Positions 53,293 to 63,256 of a stretch of 64,000 nt of DNA are shown in pieces. Made by a program: the position numbers and the translations under genes. Below the pieces are notes generated by a model. That model made no database searches and was not told the DNA's origin. It was given only the letters and a program-made list of their open reading frames with translations. Position 1 is the first letter of the stretch, and every line of letters begins with the position of its first letter. Source of the stretch: a virus. Where the stretch lies: IMG/VR virus record IMGVR_UViG_3300046747_000672, positions 49,763 through 113,762 of that record; one strand, written 5' to 3'.

Positions 53293-53717
53293 TGACCTTC
53301 CCCGCACGATACACATCCGCCACTGGCGGCTCTGGAGACCTCACTGCGGCGCCTGTTGCCGGCACGACCACTGGCGGCACGGCGCTCGCTACGGCAAGCG
53401 TGGAGCCCGGCAGCCTGTCCTGCCTGTTCACCGTGCTCGCCGAAACGAACACGATCACCATCACCGGCAAGTTCCAGGTCTCGGACGACAACTCCACCTG
53501 GTACAACCTTGCCGGCGACGCGCAGAACCCGGCGAACGTTGCGATCGCAACCGGCACCGCTGGAGCCGACACGGCCGTCAGCGTCGTTCTGCCTGTGCCG
53601 CTTTCGGCGCTCGGCTGGAAGTACGTGCGCCCCGCCATCGTGAACGGTGTAGCGACCGGCGCGTCTGGCGATACGTACTCGTTCAGCTTCCGCTACCGGC
53701 GCCTCAGCGGGTTCTGA
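53292..53717 (+). CDS. Head decoration / cement protein
   Basis: KFQVSDDNSTWYNL...KYVRPAI; directly after MCP. Confidence 0.65.
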   Translation: MTFPARYTSATGGSGDLTAAPVAGTTTGGTALATASVEPGSLSCLFTVLAETNTITITGKFQVSDDNSTWYNLAGDAQNPANVAIATGTAGADTAVSVVLPVPLSALGWKYVRPAIVNGVATGASGDTYSFSFRYRRLSGF

Positions 53718-53733
53718 TCGGGCGCACTGACAG

Positions 53734-54339
53734 ATGGCGCTGACAACGGGCGAGCTGCAACGGATCCGCATTGAGCTTGGCTACAGTGCGCTTTCGCTTG
53801 CGGCGGAACCGTTCGTCGGCGTCACGGCACTCTTCGAGAACGTCGTCTATCGCTACCTCCTCGGTGGCGCCACGACGACGTCATCGACGTCCGTCGATGC
53901 GGCTACGACGGCGACACCTGTCGCGATCACCCTCGCATCGGCGACGGGATTCGCGACCGGCGACGTTGTCTGGGTTGACGTCGACGATCGCATGGAGTCG
54001 GCGACGATCCAGAATCTCTCCGGCGCCATCGCTACGGTGCAACTTCGCAATGCGCATTCCGGCACCTACCCAGTGTCACAGGATTGCGGCGAGGCGGACG
54101 CGCGCGCGAAGCTCCGAGAGATCAAAGCGCTGAAGGCGGAGCGCGCCGGCTCGATCGGTACCGGCGAGCTGAAGAAGGTGGACGAGATCGAGTTCTACCA
54201 GACTCGATCTGCCTCCACTGCGTTCTCCACGTTCCAGGCCGACCTCATGATCTTGCGCGACGAGCTCGCAGCGGCGCTCGGCGTTCCCAATGCGTGGCGG
54301 TTGAAGGGGCGCGCCGGCTCGACCGTCGCGATGTACTGA
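53734..54339 (+). CDS. Head-tail adaptor with inserted beta domain
   Basis: Position; MALTTGELQRIRIELGY...KKVDEIEFY...RDELAAALG. Confidence 0.65.
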   Translation: MALTTGELQRIRIELGYSALSLAAEPFVGVTALFENVVYRYLLGGATTTSSTSVDAATTATPVAITLASATGFATGDVVWVDVDDRMESATIQNLSGAIATVQLRNAHSGTYPVSQDCGEADARAKLREIKALKAERAGSIGTGELKKVDEIEFYQTRSASTAFSTFQADLMILRDELAAALGVPNAWRLKGRAGSTVAMY

Positions 54340-54340
54340 C

Positions 54341-54808
54341 GTGGCATTCGCGGATCGCTTCCGTCCGAAGCTCGACAAGATTCGGACGCGCATCCCGACG
54401 AAGTACGGCGTCCGCTCCGTCACCCTCACCGTTCGCACGACCCGCTTCGTCGGCGATTTCCTCACGGGCGGCACGCCGGTCACGGCCGACAAGGCGATCA
54501 CAAGCCCCGCTGGCGATCGCTACAAGGTCCGCGTCATGTCGACGAAAGACGTCGTGGCGTCCGGAGGACTCTACCAGTCGGGAGCGATCAAGGTCGGCCC
54601 CATCACGCCGCCGTACCCGGGTGGCGGCTGGACGAAAGACGACCTCATCCCGCCGACAACCGACGGCGGCGAAGTCCTGTATGGGCTCACCGAGGCATCG
54701 GGCCAGACGCAGTGGTGTCAGATGGCGTCGAACGACACGCTGCACGACCTGCATTGGTACCTGGTCCTCAACCCGACAGGGACGACGCCGCCTGCGCCGC
54801 CAGCATGA
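54341..54808 (+). CDS. Head closure / stopper protein
   Basis: Position and beta-rich sequence. Confidence 0.55.
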   Translation: MAFADRFRPKLDKIRTRIPTKYGVRSVTLTVRTTRFVGDFLTGGTPVTADKAITSPAGDRYKVRVMSTKDVVASGGLYQSGAIKVGPITPPYPGGGWTKDDLIPPTTDGGEVLYGLTEASGQTQWCQMASNDTLHDLHWYLVLNPTGTTPPAPPA

Positions 54809-55095
54809 AACTCGTTGACGCGAACAAGGCGAACGTCTCTGAGCTTCGCCCATCGGCAACGCCAGAGATTGTCGCGAGGCTCGAAAAGCTACTTGAGTGC
54901 GCACGGTCGGGCGACATCGTCGGGCTCGTCGTCGCTTACGAGTACGTCGAAGGCGGCGTGAACGGTTCTTGGAACATGGGCCCAGGATGCCGGCCAACGA
55001 ACCTCCTCGGCGAGCTCACGCGCATGCAGTTCTTGCTGGCGAGCCGAATCAACGACGGCCCTCGAAGCGAAGAAGACATTAAAGGCACCAAGTGA
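54805..55095 (+). CDS. Hypothetical protein inserted in the neck operon
   Basis: LEKLLECARSGDIVG...LLGEL; coupled. Confidence 0.6.
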   Translation: MKLVDANKANVSELRPSATPEIVARLEKLLECARSGDIVGLVVAYEYVEGGVNGSWNMGPGCRPTNLLGELTRMQFLLASRINDGPRSEEDIKGTK

Positions 55096-55544
55096 ACGGC
55101 GTCGAAATCAAAGTCGACCGCGTCCAGCGTGCGCTTCTCCGCTACTTGGTCCGCCTGGACGAGGTCAGTCGGAGCGCGCTTGCTGAAGCTGGACTTGCTG
55201 CGATCGACTCCGCCCGAGAGACCATCTCGCGCACCACGACGCGGCACACCGGAGCGCTGGAAGACAACTGGCACGTCGGCTGGCCCGACAGGTTCACGCG
55301 CTCGGTATCGAGCTTCGCGCCCCACGCGCGCTTCATCGAAGCCGGAACGAAAGCGCATCGCATCACGGCGCGCCGCGCGAACTTCCTACGGTTCGAAGTG
55401 AATGGCCAAACGATGTTTCGTCGCTCTGTGTGGCATCCAGGCACGAAGGCGCGGCCCTTCCTGGCGCTCGCGATGGCATCCGGGCAGATGGCGCTGAAGG
55501 CATCGGCGCAAGAAGGCGTCGACCGCATCGCGCACGAGTTCTGA
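55092..55544 (+). CDS. HK97 gp10-like tail completion protein
   Basis: TGALEDN...APHARFIEAGTKAH...HPGTKARPFL. Confidence 0.85.
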   Translation: MNGVEIKVDRVQRALLRYLVRLDEVSRSALAEAGLAAIDSARETISRTTTRHTGALEDNWHVGWPDRFTRSVSSFAPHARFIEAGTKAHRITARRANFLRFEVNGQTMFRRSVWHPGTKARPFLALAMASGQMALKASAQEGVDRIAHEF

Positions 55545-55545
55545 T

Positions 55546-56481
55546 TTGGCTTTCCAATACGGCGCAACCGTCTATCCGCTCGACGTCGGCGCCAACTCAA
55601 GTCTCCTTCCGGTCTGCGACCCGGCCCTCGCGAAGATCCTCGACTACCTCCGCTTCGTGCTGAGAAAATACGCGGAGCGAGCGTTCCTGTCGACGTTCGC
55701 GATTCCGGCGACCGACAGAACGAAAGTCGCGATTGAATCGGTGGTGGAGCAGGTCGCTCCCATCGACCCGGATACGATTGCTCTTTCGGAGCAATTCACC
55801 TTCCCGCTGCTCTGCGGCTGGCCGAAGTCGGTCAAGTACAACCACCGCACGCTGAATTGGATCTGCGACGTCCGCACCGTCGGACTCGCGTACATCCTAT
55901 CGCCTCTAGCGGCGCACCAGTCGGTCCTGTGGACGCCGTTCCTGAACAGCGTCAGCCAGATCTGCAACGGCGCGCTGAAGGCCGGCCACGACGACGACTA
56001 CAACGACGGTGAGCGCATCGTCGCCGACAACAAGATCACGTCAGCGATCCTGAAGACCGCCGACTTCGGCCACTTCAAATTCGGCGACAAGCAGACGCCG
56101 CCGTACTTTCCGGCCTGGGTGGCGGAGCTCGAGCTTATCGAGCAGCAGACGCCGTACACCGTCGGTCTCACCCCCCTCCAAGGCATCGACCTCACGGTCA
56201 AGCAGCAGGCGCTCCCCGACCTCGCAACGCGCGTGACCGCCGACGCATCGGCAGCCGCCACGTCGCTCCAGGTCGCATCGTCCGATGGCTTCGTCGAGTT
56301 CGACGCGGTCCGCATCGGCGAAGGCACGGCGCGCGAGGAAGTGGCCATCGTCTCGGCGGTGCCCGACACGACGCACCTCTCGCTCGCCAGCGGGCTCTCA
56401 TTCGCGCATACGGCGGCGCAAGCGGACGTGGTGAAGCGCGACCCCTTCCTGATGCTTCAAGCGAAGAGCGACGTCGAATGA
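55546..56481 (+). CDS. Tail terminator-like protein with C-terminal inserted beta domain
   Basis: Position before sheath; TTG start coupled to upstream stop. Confidence 0.6.
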   Translation: MAFQYGATVYPLDVGANSSLLPVCDPALAKILDYLRFVLRKYAERAFLSTFAIPATDRTKVAIESVVEQVAPIDPDTIALSEQFTFPLLCGWPKSVKYNHRTLNWICDVRTVGLAYILSPLAAHQSVLWTPFLNSVSQICNGALKAGHDDDYNDGERIVADNKITSAILKTADFGHFKFGDKQTPPYFPAWVAELELIEQQTPYTVGLTPLQGIDLTVKQQALPDLATRVTADASAAATSLQVASSDGFVEFDAVRIGEGTAREEVAIVSAVPDTTHLSLASGLSFAHTAAQADVVKRDPFLMLQAKSDVE

Positions 56482-56747
56482 TTCTGTACGACCACTTCAC
56501 CATCGAATACCGAATCGGCCCCATCTCGTACGACACCGAAGACGGTCTCGACGAGGCGTGGAAGGTCATGAAGCTCTTCAAGGACTCGCCGCGCACCGCA
56601 GCAGACGAGGTCACTGGCCTCAGGATCGCGCCGAACGCTCCAGGCAAATACGTCATCTCCTCGAACGTTCACGCGACGCAAACGCCTGCCGAGTTGCTCG
56701 CCGGTATGGATGAGCTTCTGAAGCCGCACGGCTGGCGCACGTTTTAG
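56478..56747 (+). CDS. Hypothetical protein
   Basis: ATGA coupling. Confidence 0.6.
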   Translation: MILYDHFTIEYRIGPISYDTEDGLDEAWKVMKLFKDSPRTAADEVTGLRIAPNAPGKYVISSNVHATQTPAELLAGMDELLKPHGWRTF

Positions 56748-56776
56748 TCAACAGCTACCCGAAAGACCGACGTCGG

Positions 56777-56995
56777 ATGACAACGATTTGGATCGAAGGG
56801 GGCGACCACTTGTCACCCGAAGAGCGTGACCGCTTGATCGCCGATGCCGCATCCAAGCTCGAACTGATGAACTTCTCGTTCCAATCGGCGGAGCCTCACA
56901 CGCCCGACGAATGCACGCTTCATCGCGGCGGACTTCTCGTCTGCGGGCACTGCGAACACTGGCGCCGTCGCAAAGCGCAAGCCGCAAAGCAATAG
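56777..56995 (+). CDS. Hypothetical protein
   Basis: Short ORF filling gap; Cys/His motif. Confidence 0.45.
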   Translation: MTTIWIEGGDHLSPEERDRLIADAASKLELMNFSFQSAEPHTPDECTLHRGGLLVCGHCEHWRRRKAQAAKQ

Positions 56996-57008
56996 CGAAA
57001 GACTCCAC

Positions 57009-57413
57009 ATGGCATCTCCCGAAACCGTCCGCGCGGGCGCGATCGCTGGCGTACTCGTCCATGCGCCAGGCCGAGGTACGCACGACGGCGCGCAGGTCGA
57101 ATACCTGGGCCGCCGCACCGATCATGTCGCCATCAAGGCGAACTCGGTGAAGCGCCCCGACGGCATCGTCGTTTTGAAAAACCTCGAGCTCTGCTACCCG
57201 ATCGACGCCGAGCACAACACCACGTACCACCGCTCGCAAGGCATCAGCGTCACGGGCGCTGTGCGCAACGCCATCCGCCTCGGCGAGGCCGTGCCGCTCG
57301 ACCAAGCGACAGCGGACTGGGCGGGCGTGCCGTTCGTCGAAGCGCCGAAAACCACCAAGGCTGCGCCGACGCGCGGCGCAGGCAGTTCCCCATCTGACGC
57401 GAAGGATTCCTGA
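57009..57413 (+). CDS. Conserved pre-sheath hypothetical protein
   Basis: TGATG coupling to sheath; AIRLGEAVPLDQATA. Confidence 0.65.
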   Translation: MASPETVRAGAIAGVLVHAPGRGTHDGAQVEYLGRRTDHVAIKANSVKRPDGIVVLKNLELCYPIDAEHNTTYHRSQGISVTGAVRNAIRLGEAVPLDQATADWAGVPFVEAPKTTKAAPTRGAGSSPSDAKDS

Positions 57414-58987
57414 TGCCCGATATCAACATTGGCGTCCCGTCGACCTTCGCCACGCCTGGCGATTACCTCCAGATCAACTTCGGCGTCGGTCCCGGCGGTA
57501 GCGACCCCGGGACGTACGCGATCCTCATCATCGGCAACAAGACGTCCTCCGCCAGCGCCACCGTCGATACCGAGGTGTACGGCCCGAATACGAACACTCC
57601 GCTCGTGAACGAGACGGACATGATCGCGCTCGGCGGCGCCGGCTGCGAGGCGCACCGCATGTGGCTTCGCGTCCGCAAGGTGCTCGACCTTGCTGCCACC
57701 GTCGGAGTGACCGCTCCGCCCGTCTACGTGATCTTCCCGACCGAGTCGGTCGGCGTCGCGGCAACGCTCACGTTCACGATCGCCAACACAGCGGCGACCG
57801 ACGCGGTCCTGCGGTTCTACATGGGCGACGAGTACGTCGACCTGTCGATTGCCTCTGGACAGCTCATTGCGACGATTGGCGCGAACCTCGCCGTCGCGAT
57901 CAACAACAAGACTAGCTGGCCGATCACCGCGGCGTTCGCCACGGCGACGCTCACGATCACGTCGAAGCAAGCCGGCCCGCGCGGCAACGAGATCCGAGTC
58001 TGGGCGCGCATCATCTCCGGCAGTCCGACGACCACGATCACGAACAACGTGTCGACGCCGCTCGCCTCGGGCGCCACGGCGGACTCGTGGACCACGGCGC
58101 TGTCGACGATCTACCCCGTTCGCTTCTACTACATCGTCAGTCCCGACACGTCCGTGTCCGGCACGACGTACGACGACCTCGTTACGCAGGTCATCGCGCA
58201 ATCCGCGCCGCTCATCGGTATTCGCCAGGTCGTCATGGCGGCGAGCGTCGGGACCCAGGCATCGGCTTCCACCATCGCCGCCACGTCGTCGATCAACACC
58301 GTCCGCGCGGAGATCGCGCAGCTCTACAAGAGCGACCTCACAGCAGGCGAACTCGCGGCGACGTACGCCGCTGCCGCTGCCGTCTTCGAGACGCTCGAGT
58401 GGTCGTACAACTTCCGCGACTTCGGCAAGGGGTCGATCCGCGGCATCCCGACCGACAAGTTTTGGAAGGTTCCCGCGCCGACGACCAAGTCGGCATGGCC
58501 GACGCCTGGCGTATCTGGCTCGGTCGAGACCGCGCTGAACAACGGCGTGACCCCGATCGGCGTCACCACCGACGGCCGCACGTACATCACGCGCGCCATC
58601 ACGACGGCGCACAAGAACGCCTCGAACTTCGACTACCGCGCCCGCGATCGGCATCTCCGCAGCGTGCTCGACCGCTGGTCGGACGAACTGCTCGCCGACT
58701 ACACGTCGCAATTCGGTGGTTCGACGATCATCGATGACCTCAAAGAGGGCGAGCCGACGCCGGGCCCGAACGTCGTGCAGCCGAAGCAAATCAAGGCGCT
58801 CGTCTTTTCGAAGCTCGACAAGTACGCAAACCGCCACCTGAAGAAGGTCTCCGAGATCAAGGCTGGGACGACCGTCGCGCGCAATTCGCAGAACCAACAG
58901 CGCGTCGATGTGCTCATTCCGGCGCGCGTGATCGACCTGCTTCTCCAAAGCGGGATCCAGGTGAATGACAACTCCACCGCAACGTGA
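57413..58987 (+). CDS. Contractile tail sheath protein (Mu gpL-like)
   Basis: TPGDYLQINF...GAGCEAHRM...LTITSKQAGPRGNEI...ALNNGVTPI...RAITT. Confidence 0.92.
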   Translation: MPDINIGVPSTFATPGDYLQINFGVGPGGSDPGTYAILIIGNKTSSASATVDTEVYGPNTNTPLVNETDMIALGGAGCEAHRMWLRVRKVLDLAATVGVTAPPVYVIFPTESVGVAATLTFTIANTAATDAVLRFYMGDEYVDLSIASGQLIATIGANLAVAINNKTSWPITAAFATATLTITSKQAGPRGNEIRVWARIISGSPTTTITNNVSTPLASGATADSWTTALSTIYPVRFYYIVSPDTSVSGTTYDDLVTQVIAQSAPLIGIRQVVMAASVGTQASASTIAATSSINTVRAEIAQLYKSDLTAGELAATYAAAAAVFETLEWSYNFRDFGKGSIRGIPTDKFWKVPAPTTKSAWPTPGVSGSVETALNNGVTPIGVTTDGRTYITRAITTAHKNASNFDYRARDRHLRSVLDRWSDELLADYTSQFGGSTIIDDLKEGEPTPGPNVVQPKQIKALVFSKLDKYANRHLKKVSEIKAGTTVARNSQNQQRVDVLIPARVIDLLLQSGIQVNDNSTAT

Positions 58988-58999
58988 GGTTGACGAAAT

Positions 59000-59374
59000 A
59001 TGGCTGATCTCTACACAAACTGCGCGGTCGACATCCGCGGACAGCGCCTGCTCGAAGCGGCGGACGTCTCGATCGAGCGCAAGTCGAACGCGCACGAACA
59101 GCTCACTCTCGCGAAGGGCCGCGCCGGATATTCGCCTGGCGCGCCGACGATGGAGATTCGAATCACGAGCGGCATTCGTGCTGCGGGCTTCGAGTACGAC
59201 GCCGGGCCCGACATCCTGGCGCTGAACGATGTCCCGTTCACCATCTACGCCGCAAACTCGTTCCTCACGTCGACGGGCACGATCCTGACGGACAAGGGCG
59301 ACAAGGGCGTCGACAAGAACGCGAACTACGAGTTCACCATCTCGGCGAAGTTCGCCAATTGGCAGCGGCAGTAG
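59000..59374 (+). CDS. Tail tube protein
   Basis: 124 aa directly after sheath; TLAKGRAGYSPG. Confidence 0.8.
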   Translation: MADLYTNCAVDIRGQRLLEAADVSIERKSNAHEQLTLAKGRAGYSPGAPTMEIRITSGIRAAGFEYDAGPDILALNDVPFTIYAANSFLTSTGTILTDKGDKGVDKNANYEFTISAKFANWQRQ

Positions 59375-59379
59375 ACTGA

Positions 59380-60012
59380 ATGAGCGGACCGCCCATCGAC
59401 ATCGAGGCTGAGGAACTGTGGCGGAATATCTGCCGCACCGACGAGCCGAACGCCCGATACTACGAGGTCGTCGACTTCCCTCGGAATGACCGCGACACCG
59501 GCAAGCCGATTGGCGAGCTCGCGATCTGGCCGCTGAAGGACAACGAGATCACGCAGGCGAAAGCCGAGGCGACGAAGTACGCGCGCGCTCTCATCAAAGA
59601 GAAGAAGGAAACCTTCGAGGCGCACGAGTACATCGAAGGCTACCAGCAGGTCTTCAGCGACGCGTGCGCGACAGAAATGGTCTGGCGCTTCTGCCGGAAC
59701 GTGAAGGACCGCTCGGTCGCTGCGTTCCCGACCGCGGCTGCTTGCAGGCTGCACCTCTCCGGCGACGAGAAGGCGGTGCTCTGCAACGCATACGCTCTCG
59801 TGCAAGTGAAGTTCGGCCCCATCGTTTCGGGGATGACGGTCGAAGACTACGATGCTTGGATTTCGCGTCTCGGGGAGGGCGGCTCGGCCGTCCCTTTGTC
59901 TTTGCTCACATGGGAGCAACGGACCGACCTTCTGATGCATTCGGCGTCGCGGTTGTATTCCTTACGGACGGGCAGCTCCTCTGCTGGGAAGCAGCAAGAC
60001 GAGCCTACCTGA
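59380..60012 (+). CDS. Tail assembly chaperone (G); -1 frameshift at CCCTTTG 59892-98 would give a GT-like form ending at 60038
   Basis: Between tube and TMP; in-frame C CCT TTG slippery heptamer; -1 frame open. Confidence 0.75.
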   Translation: MSGPPIDIEAEELWRNICRTDEPNARYYEVVDFPRNDRDTGKPIGELAIWPLKDNEITQAKAEATKYARALIKEKKETFEAHEYIEGYQQVFSDACATEMVWRFCRNVKDRSVAAFPTAAACRLHLSGDEKAVLCNAYALVQVKFGPIVSGMTVEDYDAWISRLGEGGSAVPLSLLTWEQRTDLLMHSASRLYSLRTGSSSAGKQQDEPT

Positions 60013-60093
60013 AGTCTGCGCATAGCCATCAGACGTAGGGGGACGGACCAACACGAACTTTCGACGCGAGCCTGAACGCACGATGACCATCAC

Positions 60094-60135
60094 AACGCCA
60101 GCACGCGGCCCGACAAGGACGGCGTCGCTGGCGTT
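60094..60135 (+). other. Intergenic hairpin before the tape measure gene
   Basis: AACGCCAGC/GCTGGCGTT 9-bp stem; no clear U-tract. Confidence 0.35.
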
Positions 60136-60157
60136 CTCGCATTTGTAGGGACTGGCT

Positions 60158-62353
60158 TTGGCCTCGCCGATCGAGATTCTCTTTCATTCCAACGCCGATG
60201 AGGTGAAGGCGCAGGTCCTCGGCCTCATCCCGGTGTTCGATCGGTTCGCGAGGTCGGCCGTTGCATCGGTCGACAACTCGACGCGACAGCGCGTGCGAGC
60301 GGAGCGGTCCGCGGCGGATCAGACGGCGAAAGAAGCGACGCGCGCCGAGAAGGAAAAGGAGCGCGCGACCAAGACGTCGCAGCGGGAGATCGATAAGGTC
60401 CTTCGCGAGTCGAATCGCCTTCGCAACGCGATGAACTCGGTCGAGGTCCGCGACTGGCAGCAGAAGGAGCGCTCGCGTGTCCGCGCGTCCGAGCAGGCGT
60501 CGCGCGACATCGAATCGTCGCGAAAGCGCATGTCTGAAGGCTTCGGTCGCCAGATGGGCGGCGCCTTCGGTCGCGTGATGAACACCGCGAGTCACGTGGC
60601 CGGAATTGCGACGGCCCTCGGTGGCGGGTTCACGATCGCCGACGCGCTCAGTTCTGGCGTGAAGGAAGAGGCTACCGCCGGGCAGATCGTCCGCAGCGCC
60701 CAGGACAAGGGAGGCATCTCTAGCGCCGACTTGCAGACGAAGGCGCGCGCCGTCGCCATTGGCAATGGCGGCAGAACCGAGGACGTTCTGCGAGGCGCCG
60801 ACGCCTTCGTCCAGAAGACTGGCAGCCTGAAGGCTGCTGTCGATCTCCTAGACGAGCTCGGGCTCGAGGCGGCGTCCTCTGGGGCCAAGCTTGAGGACCT
60901 CGGAAGTACGGCGGCGGAGGTCTTCTCGTCGGTCGGCACGGCCGCGGGCACGACCGACGTCATGCGAATGCTCATCGGTCAGGGCAAGGCAGGCGCGGTC
61001 GACATCCGCAACCTTGCTCAGTACGGAGCAAGGCTCAGTTCGACGGCAGGCCTATTCGAGGGCGGGGTAGGCGAGAACATCAAGAGCTTTGGCGCTTTGT
61101 CGCAGGTCGCCAAGGCGAAGGGTGGGGCCACGGATGCAGCAGAGGCAACCGAGGCTGCGGCGCGACTGTTCGCCGAAATCGCGCAACACAAGGACGACTT
61201 CGAAGCTGCCAACATCAAGGTGAAGGGCGCTGGCGGAAAGCTACGAAACATACAGGACATTCTGCTCGACACTCTGGTCGCCAACAAGGGTGACATCACC
61301 ACGATCCCGAAACTGTTCGGGCGGCAGGCCGGCAAGGTCGAGATCGGACTTGCCCAGGCATTCCTGGAGGGCTCTGGCGGCAAGACGGACAAAACCTCGC
61401 TCGCAGCGGGACGGGCAAGCGCGGCATCTCTCATCGAGAGCTACCAGCGGCCGGTGTCGCAAGGCGAGCTCGAGTCCGATCGCAAGTCGCGGCTCGCAGA
61501 GAACGAGGCGAAGCTCAATCAGGCGACCGAGCAACTGCACCAAGCGCTGAACGAGCGCCTTCTCCCAAAGCTGCCAGAACTGATCGACAAGTTCACGCAG
61601 CTCATCCCTGCGATGCAGAGCGCAGTCGATTTCTTTGTCGGCGGCAGTGTGTGGGAAGGGGTTGGCAAGGCGGTCGGCGTTGCGCTTGTCGCGGAGATTG
61701 TGAAGGCCGGGACGGCCAAGCTCGTCTCGTCTGCGTTCACCGGACTGGCCAGCCTGATTCTCAAATCCGTCAGCGGGACGGCTGTCGCGAACATTGCTGC
61801 CGGCGTCGTGAACGTTACGAGCGGTGTCGGTGGTCCAGGTGGCGTCCTGGACTCTGCTGGAAAGCTTGCTCGCGTGGTCGCGCCAGCGGGCGCGGGTCTC
61901 GGCGGCCTTGCGCTCGCCGGAACATTCGCAGCGGCGGGCGCTGTCGATGCGGGCATCTTGATGGCCGCCAAGGCAGACGAGAAGAAGGGCCAGAAGGCAT
62001 TTACGGACCTCATGGCGATGCCGACCAACACACCAGAGGAGAAGCGGTCGAAGCTGGATCGCTTGCAATCGATCTCAGGCTCAGTCCAAGCAGACCTGGC
62101 TCCCGTGCAGAAGAGCTACTACGGAATGGGCCAGTATGGCGGCGCTGTGTCCGCGCCAGAAAAGGGGCTCGACCTCGAGAAAGAGGCGTTCCGAAAGAAT
62201 CTCAGCGCGATCAACGCCGAGATCGAGATGCTCAAGGCCGCCCTGTCGGGCGCCGGACCTGCGGTGACAGCTTTCGCCGATTCGATGAAGCCAGCCGGTG
62301 GCCCCGCCGAGCCGGCCGGCATCCCGCCGAGTCGCTGGGGCACTGATCACTGA
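60158..62353 (+). CDS. Tail tape measure protein
   Basis: 731 aa Ala/Gly-rich helical protein after chaperone; GQGKAGAVDIRNLA core. Confidence 0.9.
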   Translation: MASPIEILFHSNADEVKAQVLGLIPVFDRFARSAVASVDNSTRQRVRAERSAADQTAKEATRAEKEKERATKTSQREIDKVLRESNRLRNAMNSVEVRDWQQKERSRVRASEQASRDIESSRKRMSEGFGRQMGGAFGRVMNTASHVAGIATALGGGFTIADALSSGVKEEATAGQIVRSAQDKGGISSADLQTKARAVAIGNGGRTEDVLRGADAFVQKTGSLKAAVDLLDELGLEAASSGAKLEDLGSTAAEVFSSVGTAAGTTDVMRMLIGQGKAGAVDIRNLAQYGARLSSTAGLFEGGVGENIKSFGALSQVAKAKGGATDAAEATEAAARLFAEIAQHKDDFEAANIKVKGAGGKLRNIQDILLDTLVANKGDITTIPKLFGRQAGKVEIGLAQAFLEGSGGKTDKTSLAAGRASAASLIESYQRPVSQGELESDRKSRLAENEAKLNQATEQLHQALNERLLPKLPELIDKFTQLIPAMQSAVDFFVGGSVWEGVGKAVGVALVAEIVKAGTAKLVSSAFTGLASLILKSVSGTAVANIAAGVVNVTSGVGGPGGVLDSAGKLARVVAPAGAGLGGLALAGTFAAAGAVDAGILMAAKADEKKGQKAFTDLMAMPTNTPEEKRSKLDRLQSISGSVQADLAPVQKSYYGMGQYGGAVSAPEKGLDLEKEAFRKNLSAINAEIEMLKAALSGAGPAVTAFADSMKPAGGPAEPAGIPPSRWGTDH

Positions 62354-62356
62354 CCG

Positions 62357-63253
62357 ATGGCAACCCTCGACGTCCTCTCCACCCTCCAGCCGCCCTCGTG
62401 GCGCGGCATCCCGTTCCCGCTCACGTCGTTGCACAACGGCTTCACGCACGACCACGTCGAGCACAAGTTCCTCTACCAATCTGGCGCGTACATCGAGGCG
62501 ACGGGGCGCAACGCGCTGAACTTCCAGGCGCGCATTCCGTTTTGCAACGGTGTCGAAGCAGCGTCGTTCGAATCGTGGGCAGGGCAAGTACTCTACCCGG
62601 ACCTCTTCAATCGATTCCTGCAAGCGGTGCTCGATGAGACATCGGGCGAGTTCGTTCACCCGAACTTCGGCACGCTCACCTGCAAAGCGCGCGACGTCGA
62701 CTGGGACATCGCCGGCAACGGGCCGCGCGACGGCGCGATCCTGTCGTGCCGCTTCTACCATTCGAACGACGACAAGGATTCGCTTTCCGATACGCTGACG
62801 ACGCAGTCGCCGATGGCGCGCGCGTCGTCGAGCGCCGCGGTCCTGGACGACCAGCTCGCAGCGACGGGCCCGCTGCCTGAATTGTCGAACGACAAGAAGT
62901 CCTTCGGCGAGCTCGTGGCCGACGTCGGCGACGGCACAGGCAACGTGGGCCGTATCACCTCGAAGCTCGACAACACGGACGCGGCACTTCAGCGGCGCGA
63001 TTCCGTCGGCGACTGGCCGCTCCGTGGCGCCGTCGAAGACATGCGCGCCGCCGTGTTCGACCTTCAATCGTTCAACGGCGTCGGCGCGCAGCGAACACGC
63101 GAGACGACCGTGTCGTGGGGCACGACGCTGCCCGTGCTCGGCATCCGCCTCGGCGTGCGCACGCAAGACCTCGTCGAGATGAACCCGAGCCTGGCGCGAA
63201 GCCCGCTCGTCCCTGCCGGCGTCCGCGTGCGGTACCCGTTCGGGGCGCGGTAG
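62357..63253 (+). CDS. Mu gpN-like DNA circularisation / tube initiator protein with C-terminal LysM-like domain
   Basis: LQPPSWRGIPF...EHKF...IEATGR...GEFVHPNFG; DLVEMNPSL..PLVPAG. Confidence 0.85.
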   Translation: MATLDVLSTLQPPSWRGIPFPLTSLHNGFTHDHVEHKFLYQSGAYIEATGRNALNFQARIPFCNGVEAASFESWAGQVLYPDLFNRFLQAVLDETSGEFVHPNFGTLTCKARDVDWDIAGNGPRDGAILSCRFYHSNDDKDSLSDTLTTQSPMARASSSAAVLDDQLAATGPLPELSNDKKSFGELVADVGDGTGNVGRITSKLDNTDAALQRRDSVGDWPLRGAVEDMRAAVFDLQSFNGVGAQRTRETTVSWGTTLPVLGIRLGVRTQDLVEMNPSLARSPLVPAGVRVRYPFGAR

Positions 63254-63256
63254 AGA

